This document shows positions 38,540 to 47,873 of a stretch of DNA of 64,000 nucleotides, piece after piece. Positions within the stretch are counted from its first letter, which is position 1. Each line of letters begins with the position of its first letter. The DNA comes from an uncultured Gemmatimonadaceae bacterium. GTDB taxonomy: Bacteria; Gemmatimonadota; Gemmatimonadetes; Gemmatimonadales; GWC2-71-9. The notes below the pieces were generated by a model. That model was not told the origin of the DNA. It made no database searches and saw only the letters and a program-made list of their open reading frames with translations. The position numbers were made by a program, and so were the translations under genes. The stretch is from positions 43,923-107,922 of the forward strand of contig CAZTIV010000001.1 in NCBI GenBank assembly GCA_964613905.1, in the 5' to 3' direction.

Positions 38540-40033
38540 ATGTCAGCAAGACTCTCGCGCCTGATAATTGGTCTCGCCGCAACCTTGGGGTCACCTTTGG
38601 CAGCGCAGGAGCCCGTCCTGCCATCGGTGCCGCAGACCCTGACGCTGGCCGAGGCCACCGCGATCGCCTCCCGCTACAACCCCGGCTTCCGCCAGGTCCA
38701 CAATGACCGCGGGCCGGCCGGTTGGGGAGTGCGCAACGCCTACGCGGCCTTCATCCCCAACGTCACGGCAAGCGGCAGCGTGACCTACCGCGGGTCCGGC
38801 TCGCAGGCGTTTCTGACTCAGCAGTTCACACAGCCATCGTCCACTGTGGGCTCGAGCTACAACCTTGGCCTGACCTGGCAACTGTCCGGGGCCACGCTCA
38901 GCCAGCCTGGCCTCGCCAAGGCGCAGCTGAACGCGGCTGAGGCGGCTATCGATGGCGCTTTGATCAACCTCGGGGCGGCGGTCTCTCAGCAGTATCTGGC
39001 AATCCTGCAGGCCCAGGCACAAGTGGAGCTGGCGCTGCTCCAGCTCCGCCGCAACGAGGAATTCCTGAGGCTCGCGGAGGCCCGCTTCGGGGTCGGACAG
39101 GCCACGCAGCTCGATGTCCGACAGGCAGAGGTGGCCAGGGGCCAGGCAGAAGTTGCCTTGTTGCAGAACCGGCAGCTGGTGACCGTGGAGAAACTGCGTC
39201 TGTTCCAGCAGATGGGCGTGGTGGCTCCGGAAGACCTTTCGCTGGTAACCCTGACGGATACATTCCCGGTGACCGAACCGACCTGGTCACTCGCCAACCT
39301 CCTGGCGGAGGCTGAGGACGCGAACCCCAACCTTACCGCTCTGAGAGCGCAGGAATCGGCGGCTCGGTGGGGGGAACGCGCCGCCCGATCTCAATGGCTG
39401 CCGACCCTCAGCTTCAACGCCTCGTGGTCCGGCTTTACTCAGAGGTTCACTGACGAAAACCAGTTGGTGATGAACGCACTGAACAGTGCGCAGAATCAGC
39501 TGAACGAGTGCAATTACGCGAATGCCAATTGGTTGAACCCGGGGGGTACGGCCCTGCCGTGCAACCTGCTCGACTTCGATCCTGTTCAACTGGAACAGCG
39601 GACGCGGGATAACAATCAGTTGTTCAGCAACTATCGCAGCCAGCCGTTCCAGGCCACGTTTACCGTCTCATTGCCCATATACACACAGTTCGGACGGCCA
39701 CTCCGGATCTCCCATGCGGCGGCACAAGCAGACGATGCCCGTGAGGCCGTGCAGGGACGAAGATTACAGGTTCGCACGGACGTGAGTCAGGCGTTCTACA
39801 GCCTTCAGACGGCGCACCAGACCATTGCGCTGCAGGAAACCAACCGGGTTGCGGCGCGGGAACAGCTTCGCCTCGCCACCGAACGTTACCGGGTAGGATC
39901 CGGAACCTTCTTCGAGTTGCTGGACGCGCAGGTAGCGGCGCAGCGCGCCGAGGCGGACTACATCAACGCCGTCTACGGATACCACCGGTCGGTTGCCGCT
40001 CTGGAGGCGGCGGTCGGGCGGCCACTTCGATAG
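38540..40033 (+). CDS. TolC family outer-membrane efflux protein
   Basis: Signal peptide MSARLSRLIIGLAATLGSPLAA/Q. Two repeats of the OEP coiled-coil/beta pattern. Ends ...YHRSVAALEAAVGRPL. Confidence 0.88.
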   Translation: MSARLSRLIIGLAATLGSPLAAQEPVLPSVPQTLTLAEATAIASRYNPGFRQVHNDRGPAGWGVRNAYAAFIPNVTASGSVTYRGSGSQAFLTQQFTQPSSTVGSSYNLGLTWQLSGATLSQPGLAKAQLNAAEAAIDGALINLGAAVSQQYLAILQAQAQVELALLQLRRNEEFLRLAEARFGVGQATQLDVRQAEVARGQAEVALLQNRQLVTVEKLRLFQQMGVVAPEDLSLVTLTDTFPVTEPTWSLANLLAEAEDANPNLTALRAQESAARWGERAARSQWLPTLSFNASWSGFTQRFTDENQLVMNALNSAQNQLNECNYANANWLNPGGTALPCNLLDFDPVQLEQRTRDNNQLFSNYRSQPFQATFTVSLPIYTQFGRPLRISHAAAQADDAREAVQGRRLQVRTDVSQAFYSLQTAHQTIALQETNRVAAREQLRLATERYRVGSGTFFELLDAQVAAQRAEADYINAVYGYHRSVAALEAAVGRPLR

Positions 40034-40051
40034 AGGAATCGAGGACCCCGC

Positions 40052-41296
40052 ATGAGCAAGCGCAAGAAGCTGATTCTGATCGGCGGAATCGTCGTGGTCG
40101 TGGGCGGACTGATCGTCGTGTCCGCCGTGAAGGGCCGCGACTCGGGTACGACAGTCCGCCTGGACGAAGTCGGACGTCGCAACCTGGTGGCAACGGTGAC
40201 GGCGAGCGGCAAGATCAAGCCGCAGACTTCCGTGGACATAAGCGCCGACATCACGGGCCGGATCATCGAGATACGAGCACGGGAGGGCGAGATGGTCCGG
40301 CGCGGTGACCTGCTCATCAGGATCGACCCTTCGCAATACGAGGCGGCGGTGGCACGGGCGGAGGCGCTGCTGGCCTCGGCGGAAGCCGGGGCCATTCAGG
40401 CCAATGCCAACCGCGATCAGGCGGAGCGGGCGCTTCGCCGGACTCGCGAACTCCGGGAGGCATCTCCCACCCTTGTCTCAGAAGAGCAGCTTGAGCAGGC
40501 TGACACGCAGTTCCGCGTGGCGGAAGCCGTGGCCGTGTCGAGCCAGCGTCAGGTGGACCAGGCACGAGCGGGCCTTCGCGAAGCCCGTGACGCGCTGGCG
40601 AAGACCGTGCTGAGATCTCCAATCGACGGTCAGGTTACCAGGCTCGCGGTGGAGGAGGGCGAAGTTGCGGTACCGGGCACGTTCTCACGGGAAACCGGAC
40701 TGCTCATGACCGTGGCCGACATGTCCGTGATACAGGTGAATGTGCAGGTTGATGAGACCGACGTAGTACGCCTTGGCCTAGGTGACTCTACCGAGATCAC
40801 CATAGACGCCTTTCCGGACCGGACCTTCAGCGGCCGTGTGAGCAAGATTGCGCACAGCGCCGTGCGCCAGATGGCTCAGGCCGGCACGGCCCGCGCAGTG
40901 GACTATGACGTCGAGATTACGCTGGATGATCCCCCGGCCGAGATCCGGCCGGATCTGTCGGCTACGGCCCGGATGGTAACCGCCATGAGAGACAGCGCCG
41001 TATCGCTGCCGATCATCGCGCTCACCGTGCGAGATCACCGTCCCCTGTCCACTGAGATCGCCCCGGTCGACACCGCGCGGGCCCGGCGCGAGACCGAAGG
41101 CGTGTTCGTCGTGCAGCAGGGATACGCATATTTCCGGCCCGTGAAGGTTGGTATCACCGGCGAAGAGCATTTTGAGGTTCTGGAAGGCGTGAGCCCGGGC
41201 GATTCCATCGTGGCGGGACCTTATCAGGTAATCCGCGACCTGCGGGACAGCACGAGGGTGCGTGCCTCCCGTGACGGTCGGGGCGGAGGAAGCTGA
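40052..41296 (+). CDS. Efflux periplasmic adaptor subunit (HlyD/MacA type)
   Basis: N-terminal TM, a long coiled-coil hairpin ([18 protein letters not shown]...[16 protein letters not shown]), and barrel-sandwich motifs ([10 protein letters not shown]). Confidence 0.88.
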   Translation: MSKRKKLILIGGIVVVVGGLIVVSAVKGRDSGTTVRLDEVGRRNLVATVTASGKIKPQTSVDISADITGRIIEIRAREGEMVRRGDLLIRIDPSQYEAAVARAEALLASAEAGAIQANANRDQAERALRRTRELREASPTLVSEEQLEQADTQFRVAEAVAVSSQRQVDQARAGLREARDALAKTVLRSPIDGQVTRLAVEEGEVAVPGTFSRETGLLMTVADMSVIQVNVQVDETDVVRLGLGDSTEITIDAFPDRTFSGRVSKIAHSAVRQMAQAGTARAVDYDVEITLDDPPAEIRPDLSATARMVTAMRDSAVSLPIIALTVRDHRPLSTEIAPVDTARARRETEGVFVVQQGYAYFRPVKVGITGEEHFEVLEGVSPGDSIVAGPYQVIRDLRDSTRVRASRDGRGGGS

Positions 41297-41298
41297 CC

Positions 41299-42003
41299 AT
41301 GAATACGAGCGGCATTCCGGTTATCCGCGTGAAGGGTCTCACACGGTCGTACGACATGGGGGCAGAAACCGTACACGCCCTGAGGGGCGTGGACGTGGTG
41401 ATAGCCCGGAACGAGTACGTGGCCATCATGGGCCCGTCCGGTTCCGGCAAGTCTACCATGATGAACCTGATAGGATGCCTGGATACGCCCACGTCCGGCG
41501 AGTACTGGCTCAACGGTACGGAAGTATCCCGGATGACCGACGATGAGCTGGCGCGGGTAAGGAATCGCGAGATCGGTTTCGTTTTTCAGACCTTCAACCT
41601 GTTGCCGCGGGCGAGTGCGCTCCACAACGTGGAACTGCCGCTCATCTACTCCGGGCTCAGGGCAGGCACGCGGCGTGCCAGGGCGCAGGAAGCTCTGGAG
41701 CGCGTGGGACTCGCCGACCGCATGCACCACAGGCCCAACGAGTTGTCGGGTGGGCAGCGTCAGCGCGTGGCAATTGCAAGAGCTCTGGTCAACACGCCGA
41801 GCATTCTGCTGGCTGACGAGCCCACCGGCAATCTGGACTCCATGACCAGCGGCGAGATAATGGCCGTGTTCGCCGAGCTCCATCGACAGGGCCAGACGGT
41901 CGTAATGGTGACCCACGAGGCGGACATTGCCGCTCATGCACACCGCGTAGTCACGCTGCACGATGGCCGCGTCCACAGCGACACGTTGCGGGAAGCGGCC
42001 TAG
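41299..42003 (+). CDS. ABC transporter ATP-binding protein (MacB/LolD-type NBD)
   Basis: Walker [20 protein letters not shown], signature [15 protein letters not shown], Walker [13 protein letters not shown]. Confidence 0.92.
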   Translation: MNTSGIPVIRVKGLTRSYDMGAETVHALRGVDVVIARNEYVAIMGPSGSGKSTMMNLIGCLDTPTSGEYWLNGTEVSRMTDDELARVRNREIGFVFQTFNLLPRASALHNVELPLIYSGLRAGTRRARAQEALERVGLADRMHHRPNELSGGQRQRVAIARALVNTPSILLADEPTGNLDSMTSGEIMAVFAELHRQGQTVVMVTHEADIAAHAHRVVTLHDGRVHSDTLREAA

Positions 42004-42014
42004 GAGTCAGGGTC

Positions 42015-43256
42015 GTGCCCTTCCGCGAAGCGATCCGTCTGGCCCTCCAGACCATCTGGACGCACAAGATGAAGACGGCGTTCAGCATCACCGGCGTCTT
42101 CATCGGCGTGATGTTCCTGCTGGCGGTGGTTTCGATCGTCGAGGGGATGAACCGGTACATGACCGACCGGTTCGCGGGGACACTGCTGGGCGTCAACACT
42201 TTTCACCTGCGGCGTTTCCCGAACTTTCAGGCGGGAGAGGTCACGAGGGATACGTGGCGTGAGTGGGTGCGCCGCCCCCGGATCACCTACGAGGACGCCG
42301 AGGCGGTGGTCTCCTCTCTCACGATACCCCACATGGCGGCATGGGAGTCTTCCAATCGGGCCGTGCTGGAATACCGCGGGCGGACAGCGAGCGACATCAA
42401 CGTTACGGCCGCCACTGAGCGGTACTTCGAGATCAAGAGCCTGGACATCCAGACGGGGAGGGCCTTTTCCGCGCATGAGGTGCGTTCCGGAACGCCGGTG
42501 GTGGTGCTGGGATTCGAAGTGGCCGAGCGGCTTTTCAACGGTGGCGATCCGTTGGGACGTGAGGTGAAGATCTACGGGATACCGTACCGTGTGATAGGTG
42601 TGGTGGAACCCCAGGGGAACCTTCTCGGAATTTCGCTGGACAAGTTCGCGGTCACGACGGCTGCGGCGCCGGCCAAGCGGTTCGTGAACCAGCCCCGGGT
42701 GCTTGATGCACTCATCGTCAAGACGGGGTCCCAGGCCGAACTCCGGGAAGCGATGGAACAGGCGGAAGCCGTGATGCGCACCCGCCGCCAGCTGAGACCT
42801 ACCGAGGACAACAACTTCGTGCTCGAGACATCTGATTCGGTGCTCGAGTTCTGGGCGAAGATCAATCAGGTGTTGCTCCTGGCTCTGCCCGGCCTGGTGA
42901 GCATTTCACTCGTGGTTGGCGGCATCGTGATCATGAACATCATGCTGATGTCGGTGGCGGAACGGACTTACGAGATCGGCATCCGGAAGTCGCTGGGCGC
43001 CAGGCGCGGCGACATCCTGAGACAGTTTCTGGTAGAGTCGGTAACAATTTCCACTATTGGAGCGGCGCTGGGGGTTGCAACGGGAATCGGCATCGCCAAG
43101 CTGGTGGCCGCCACGACACCGCTCCCAGCCGAGATCGCTCCGTGGTCGCTGATCGTCGGCGTGGGGCTCGGGACCGGCGTCGGCGTCATCTTCGGCGTCT
43201 ACCCGGCGAGTCGCGCCGCCCGACTCGATCCCGTGGTCGCAATGCGCAATGAGTAG
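42015..43256 (+). CDS. MacB/FtsX-type ABC permease, paralog A
   Basis: TM1, a ~230-aa periplasmic domain, then a 3-TM FtsX domain. Type-A signatures are IRKSLGARRGDILRQFLVES and GVYPASRAARLDPVVAMRNE. GTG start with AGGAG upstream. Confidence 0.88.
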   Translation: MPFREAIRLALQTIWTHKMKTAFSITGVFIGVMFLLAVVSIVEGMNRYMTDRFAGTLLGVNTFHLRRFPNFQAGEVTRDTWREWVRRPRITYEDAEAVVSSLTIPHMAAWESSNRAVLEYRGRTASDINVTAATERYFEIKSLDIQTGRAFSAHEVRSGTPVVVLGFEVAERLFNGGDPLGREVKIYGIPYRVIGVVEPQGNLLGISLDKFAVTTAAAPAKRFVNQPRVLDALIVKTGSQAELREAMEQAEAVMRTRRQLRPTEDNNFVLETSDSVLEFWAKINQVLLLALPGLVSISLVVGGIVIMNIMLMSVAERTYEIGIRKSLGARRGDILRQFLVESVTISTIGAALGVATGIGIAKLVAATTPLPAEIAPWSLIVGVGLGTGVGVIFGVYPASRAARLDPVVAMRNE

Positions 43257-44493
43257 GTTCTCAGCCGCCTGGGAAGGGTTCGGCATCGCGGCTGGCGCCC
43301 TGCGCGCCAACAAGATGCGGGCGGCGCTGACCATTCTGGGCATCGCCATAGGCGTGATGTCCGTGATGGTCATTGCCGCCCTCATTACCGGTATCAACCG
43401 GAACGTGGCTTCCCTCTTCGAGGAGTCGGGAACACGGACCTTCTTCGTCACCCGGTTCTTCCAGGGCGGAATCGTGATCTCGGACGGATCGGACGAGATG
43501 AGCCCGTGGCGCCGCCGTCCGCATCTCAACGTTCAGGAGGCGGAGGAGGTCCGCGGTCTCGCGAGCGTAGCCTACGTCGACGTGGAGGAGAACTGGAGCG
43601 CACCAGCGGAATTCAGCGGGCAGCGTCTCGAGTCGGTACGTATTCAGGGAAGATCCGAACACTGGCCAAATGTATCCGGTGGAGATGTATTTCCGGGCCG
43701 TTCGTTCGCGCGGGTGGAGGTGCTGACCAATGCAAGGGTTGCGGTGGTCAGCGACCGGCTGGCGGAGCAGCTCTTTGGCCAGCTCGATCCGGTGGGCCAG
43801 CGTTTCCGGCTCGGAGGACAACCGTTTGACGTGATCGGCGTCTATACACCCACACCCAATCTGTTCGGAGAGGGAGAGGGCCCCCGTGCCATCATCCCGC
43901 ACGGCACGCTGGGCAAGTACATCAAACCGAATCCCGGCTGGATGCAGTTTACGGTCAAGGCCGCCGACCACGTTACCCTCGACGACGCAATCGACGACGT
44001 TACGGTGGCTCTCCGGGTCTCGCGGGGCTTGAGACCGGGCGCCGAGTCCAACTTCGACATTGTAACCTCGGATAAGCTTGTCGAGACATGGAACCGGATC
44101 ACTGGCATCTTCTTCCTTGTAATGATTGTCCTTTCTGCCGTCGGACTCATGGTGGGCGGGGTCGGTGTCATCGCAATCATGACGATCTCCGTCACCGAGC
44201 GCACCCGCGAGATTGGGGTGCGCAAGGCGCTCGGCGCGAGGCGCCGGGAGATCCTCTGGCAGTTCCTGGTGGAGGCAGCTACTGTGACGCTGATCGGCGG
44301 AGCCGTCGGGATGCTGCTCGGGGGTCTCGTGGCACTGCTCGTGGCCGCCGCAACGCCGCTTCCCGCCAGCGTGCCGCTCTGGGCCATCGCCGTCGCACTG
44401 CTCGCCTCCGCCCTAACAGGCATCGGATTCGGTCTGTTTCCGGCAGCGCGGGCGGCTCGGCTGGACCCCGTTGAAGCCTTGCGCTACGAATAG
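43249..44493 (+). CDS. MacB/FtsX-type ABC permease, paralog B
   Basis: Same architecture. Type-B signatures are VRKALGARRREILWQFLVEAAT and GLFPAARAARLDPVEALRYE. 8-nt overlap with paralog A. Confidence 0.88.
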   Translation: MSRFSAAWEGFGIAAGALRANKMRAALTILGIAIGVMSVMVIAALITGINRNVASLFEESGTRTFFVTRFFQGGIVISDGSDEMSPWRRRPHLNVQEAEEVRGLASVAYVDVEENWSAPAEFSGQRLESVRIQGRSEHWPNVSGGDVFPGRSFARVEVLTNARVAVVSDRLAEQLFGQLDPVGQRFRLGGQPFDVIGVYTPTPNLFGEGEGPRAIIPHGTLGKYIKPNPGWMQFTVKAADHVTLDDAIDDVTVALRVSRGLRPGAESNFDIVTSDKLVETWNRITGIFFLVMIVLSAVGLMVGGVGVIAIMTISVTERTREIGVRKALGARRREILWQFLVEAATVTLIGGAVGMLLGGLVALLVAAATPLPASVPLWAIAVALLASALTGIGFGLFPAARAARLDPVEALRYE

Positions 44494-44525
44494 AACGGCA
44501 GCACCTGGCAGCGTAGATTCCTGAT

Positions 44526-45770
44526 ATGCCGCTCAGCGAAGCCCTGCGCCTGGCCCTTCAGACGGTAGCAGCCCACAAGCTGCGATCCTTCTTCACGCTC
44601 CTCGGTATCATCGTATCGGTGGCCTTTCTCGTGGCCGTCGTTGCGGTCATACGAGGCATGAATTCGTATGTTGAGGAGAACCTCGCCGGCGCGATCGTGG
44701 GCAAGAACGCCTTCCAGATCCGGCGTACCCCCATTTCCATCGGGCTCATAAGCGACGAAGACTACCGTGAACTGCAGCGCCGGCCCATCATCGCACCCGA
44801 AGACGTGGCTTTTGTGGAGCGGGCCATCCCGGATGCCATGGCCATTGCACTTCAGTCGGGATGGCCCACACCCATGGCCGACGTGATATGGCGCAACCGC
44901 ACGGTGGGCGACGTAGCGGTGTTCGGAATCACGCCGCCGTACCTGACCGTACAGGACTATTACATACACGCCGGCGAACCGCTCACTGAAGTGGACGTGC
45001 GCGAGCGGCGCCCGATTGCTCTCCTGGGCTGGGACGTTGCCACCAAGCTCTTTGACGATCCCGATATGGCCATCGACAGGACCATTCGAGTGCGCGGTCT
45101 TCAGGTAAAGGTCAAGGGCGTGATCTCACCGAAGGGTACCGTGCTGGGACAGTCGTGGGACGGCTTCGTCATGCTGCCGTTCACCGTATTCGAACAGTTG
45201 TACGGACGGAGACAAACCACGGTCATCGGGGTCAAGATGGCAGATCCCAATCAGGTAGCCGGCGCCATGGCCCGGGCGGAAGAGGCGATGCGTATTGCTC
45301 ACAGACTGCGCCCGGGCCAGCCTAACGACTTTACCGTGGATACCGCCGAGGGTCTGATCGCATTCTGGCAGGGACTCACGCGGGTCATCTTCACAGTAGT
45401 GCCGGCCGTGGTGGCCATAGGGATTGTGGTGGGCGGGATCGTGATCATGAACATCATGTTGATGTCTGTCAACGAGCGCACCCGCGAAATCGGCATCCGG
45501 AAGTCGCTCGGGGCCAAGCGGCAGGACATCGAGCGTCAGTTCCTCGCCGAATCGGTGACGCTGTCGATGCTGGGGGGATTCTTCGGTCTCGGAGCCGGAT
45601 GGACCCTTGCCTTCCTGGTCAGGACCCTGTCCCCGTTGCCCGCCATCGTGACTCCGTGGTCGGCGGCCGTGGCAATAACTCTGGGTATTTCGGTGGGAAT
45701 TGTGTTCGGCGTATACCCGGCCCGTCGGGCTGCGAGGCTCGATCCCGTCACGGCCATGCGGGTGGAGTGA
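44526..45770 (+). CDS. MacB/FtsX-type ABC permease, paralog A2
   Basis: The N-terminus MPLSEALRLALQTVAAHKLRS parallels paralog A (MPFREAIRLALQTIWTHKMKT). Other signatures: IRKSLGAKRQDIERQFLAES and GVYPARRAARLDPVTAMRVE. Confidence 0.88.
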   Translation: MPLSEALRLALQTVAAHKLRSFFTLLGIIVSVAFLVAVVAVIRGMNSYVEENLAGAIVGKNAFQIRRTPISIGLISDEDYRELQRRPIIAPEDVAFVERAIPDAMAIALQSGWPTPMADVIWRNRTVGDVAVFGITPPYLTVQDYYIHAGEPLTEVDVRERRPIALLGWDVATKLFDDPDMAIDRTIRVRGLQVKVKGVISPKGTVLGQSWDGFVMLPFTVFEQLYGRRQTTVIGVKMADPNQVAGAMARAEEAMRIAHRLRPGQPNDFTVDTAEGLIAFWQGLTRVIFTVVPAVVAIGIVVGGIVIMNIMLMSVNERTREIGIRKSLGAKRQDIERQFLAESVTLSMLGGFFGLGAGWTLAFLVRTLSPLPAIVTPWSAAVAITLGISVGIVFGVYPARRAARLDPVTAMRVE

Positions 45771-45783
45771 GAGGCGCCACCAG

Positions 45784-47025
45784 ATGAACCTGCGCACCGT
45801 CTTCGAGGGCGTGACGATAGCGCTCGATGCCATCCGCACGAGCAAGCTTCGGTCGGCGCTCACCATACTGGGCGTCGTCATAGGAGTGGCCACGGTGATG
45901 GCGATGGCATCGATTGTGACCGGCATCCGCGCGCAGATCGTAAACACCCTCGAGGTCACCGGACCAACCACCCTTCGTATCGTGAGGTTCTTCTCCCAGA
46001 CGCCGCTCAATCCGGACGCGTTGCCCCGCGAAGTTCGTATTCGCCCGGTGCTGCGACCGGAAGAAGCTGAAGCACTTCAGCGTCTGCCGCAGATTCACTA
46101 CGCCGCAATCTGGACCCAGGTGTTCCAGCGCATCGAATACTCCGGCTCGCGCACGCAGATGGTGCCGATGTTCGGCACGGACGACCGATTCATGGAGATA
46201 CTGGGCGGTGCCCTGTTGTCGGGACGGGTATTCACGGCCGCCGAGCTGCGCGGGGGCGCCGGTGTGGTAATCATCGAACGAGAGGCGGCTGGGCGCGTTT
46301 TCGGGAGGATTGAACCGATCGGCAAGACCGTGCGCGTGGGCGGGCGGCCCTTAACCGTAGTGGGTCTCTACCAGCGCCCGGAGAACATCTTCGAGCTGCC
46401 GGGCCAGGAGATCTCGGCCTTTCTGCCCTACGAATTCGCCCGCCGCGCATATCGCGTGGACGAGACCAACGCCCTCGTCATTGCGGCCAAGCCCAGGGAC
46501 GACGTATCTGTGAGCGAAGCGGTAGACGCCATAACAGTTCAGCTCCGGCGCATGAGGGGATTGCGACCGGCGGATCCGAACACCTTCGACATAGTCACCG
46601 CAGATCAGATACTCGGCGTGTTCGACCGGATCACCGGGGCGTTCTTCCTCGTGATGATCATCCTGTCCAGCGTCGCTCTGATGGTGGGCGGGATAGGTGT
46701 GATGGCAATAATGATGGTCTCGGTAACCGACCGGACCCGCGAGATTGGGGTGCGCAAGGCGCTCGGCGCCACGCGGCGTGAGATACTCTGGCAGTTTCTC
46801 GTCGAGGCGGCTACCCTGACCTTCGTAGGCGGCGCCATTGGTGTTCTGTGCGGTATCATGGCCGGCGAGGGACTCAAGGCTCTGCTCAAGCTGGACGCGG
46901 CAATCCCCATGTGGAGCGCCATGCTGGCTACGGCCGTTTCTGTCGGAATCGGACTGATCTTCGGATTGTTACCGGCCAACAGGGCGGCCAAACTCGACCC
47001 GGTGGAGGCACTTCGATATGAATAG
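45784..47025 (+). CDS. MacB/FtsX-type ABC permease, paralog B2
   Basis: ALDAIRTSKLRSALTILGVVIGVATVM parallels paralog B (AAGALRANKMRAALTILGIAIGVMSVM). Other signatures: VRKALGATRREILWQFLVEAAT and GLLPANRAAKLDPVEALRYE. ATG 45784 follows a GAGG motif. Confidence 0.88.
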   Translation: MNLRTVFEGVTIALDAIRTSKLRSALTILGVVIGVATVMAMASIVTGIRAQIVNTLEVTGPTTLRIVRFFSQTPLNPDALPREVRIRPVLRPEEAEALQRLPQIHYAAIWTQVFQRIEYSGSRTQMVPMFGTDDRFMEILGGALLSGRVFTAAELRGGAGVVIIEREAAGRVFGRIEPIGKTVRVGGRPLTVVGLYQRPENIFELPGQEISAFLPYEFARRAYRVDETNALVIAAKPRDDVSVSEAVDAITVQLRRMRGLRPADPNTFDIVTADQILGVFDRITGAFFLVMIILSSVALMVGGIGVMAIMMVSVTDRTREIGVRKALGATRREILWQFLVEAATLTFVGGAIGVLCGIMAGEGLKALLKLDAAIPMWSAMLATAVSVGIGLIFGLLPANRAAKLDPVEALRYE

Positions 47026-47737
47026 GGTTGACCTGCTTGCGATAGGTGCCCATCCCGACGACGTCGAGCTGACCTGTGGTGGCACTCTGATCAAGATGGC
47101 GTGGCAGGGATACACGACGGCGGTGATCGACCTGACCGGAGGAGAGAGCGGCACTCACGGCAGTGCGGAAGTGCGCGCCAGGGAGGCTGCTGCTGCGGCA
47201 AAGGTACTGAAGGTGGCAGCGCGGGTAAACGCGGGCTTGACGGACGCAGGGCTGCACAATACCGAGGAATCGCGCCGTGCGCTCGTGAGCCTTATTCGGC
47301 ACTTCGCTCCGCGTGTCGTGATTCTCCCCTACCCTATAGGGCGTCACCCTGACCACAGGATAGCTTCGGAGCTGGGCAGAGACGCATCCTACCTGGCCGG
47401 GCTCCGGCACTACCCCGCTGACGGCGAGGCGCACCGACCAGAAAAGGTGCTCTACACACTGGCGTACCGGGAAGACCCGGTGAAGCCCACCTTTGTGGTG
47501 GACATATCGGAAGAGTTCGAAGAGAAGATGGAGGCCATCCGGTGCTATGCCTCGCAGTTCGACGGCAAGATGGCTGCGGGCGAGATCTTCCCCGCCGGCG
47601 GCGACATTTATGAGAACGTCAGGATGCATTGTGCCCGGTACGGGAGCCTGATCCGCACGGCGTTCGGTGAGCCGTTTCTCACGCATGAGACGATCAGGGT
47701 GGACGATGTGGTGGGGATGGGGGTGCGGTCGATGTAG
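47018..47737 (+). CDS. bshB1: PIG-L family deacetylase, BshB1-like (bacillithiol biosynthesis)
   Basis: LAIGAHPDDVELTCGGT, DLTGGE and RHPDH motifs. Overall it resembles B. subtilis BshB1 as I recall it. 8-nt overlap with permease B2. Confidence 0.65.
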   Translation: MNRVDLLAIGAHPDDVELTCGGTLIKMAWQGYTTAVIDLTGGESGTHGSAEVRAREAAAAAKVLKVAARVNAGLTDAGLHNTEESRRALVSLIRHFAPRVVILPYPIGRHPDHRIASELGRDASYLAGLRHYPADGEAHRPEKVLYTLAYREDPVKPTFVVDISEEFEEKMEAIRCYASQFDGKMAAGEIFPAGGDIYENVRMHCARYGSLIRTAFGEPFLTHETIRVDDVVGMGVRSM

Positions 47738-47873
47738 CGATCGCGACGTTGCGCCCGCGCGACACCGTGACACTGGAGCCACTTCTTGCGAGCCCGTGTC
47801 CCGCTGTTCATATTCGCCCCCCGGTCCGGTCGGGCCTCAGGACACACATCCCACACTGCGGGAGGGTTGGCTC

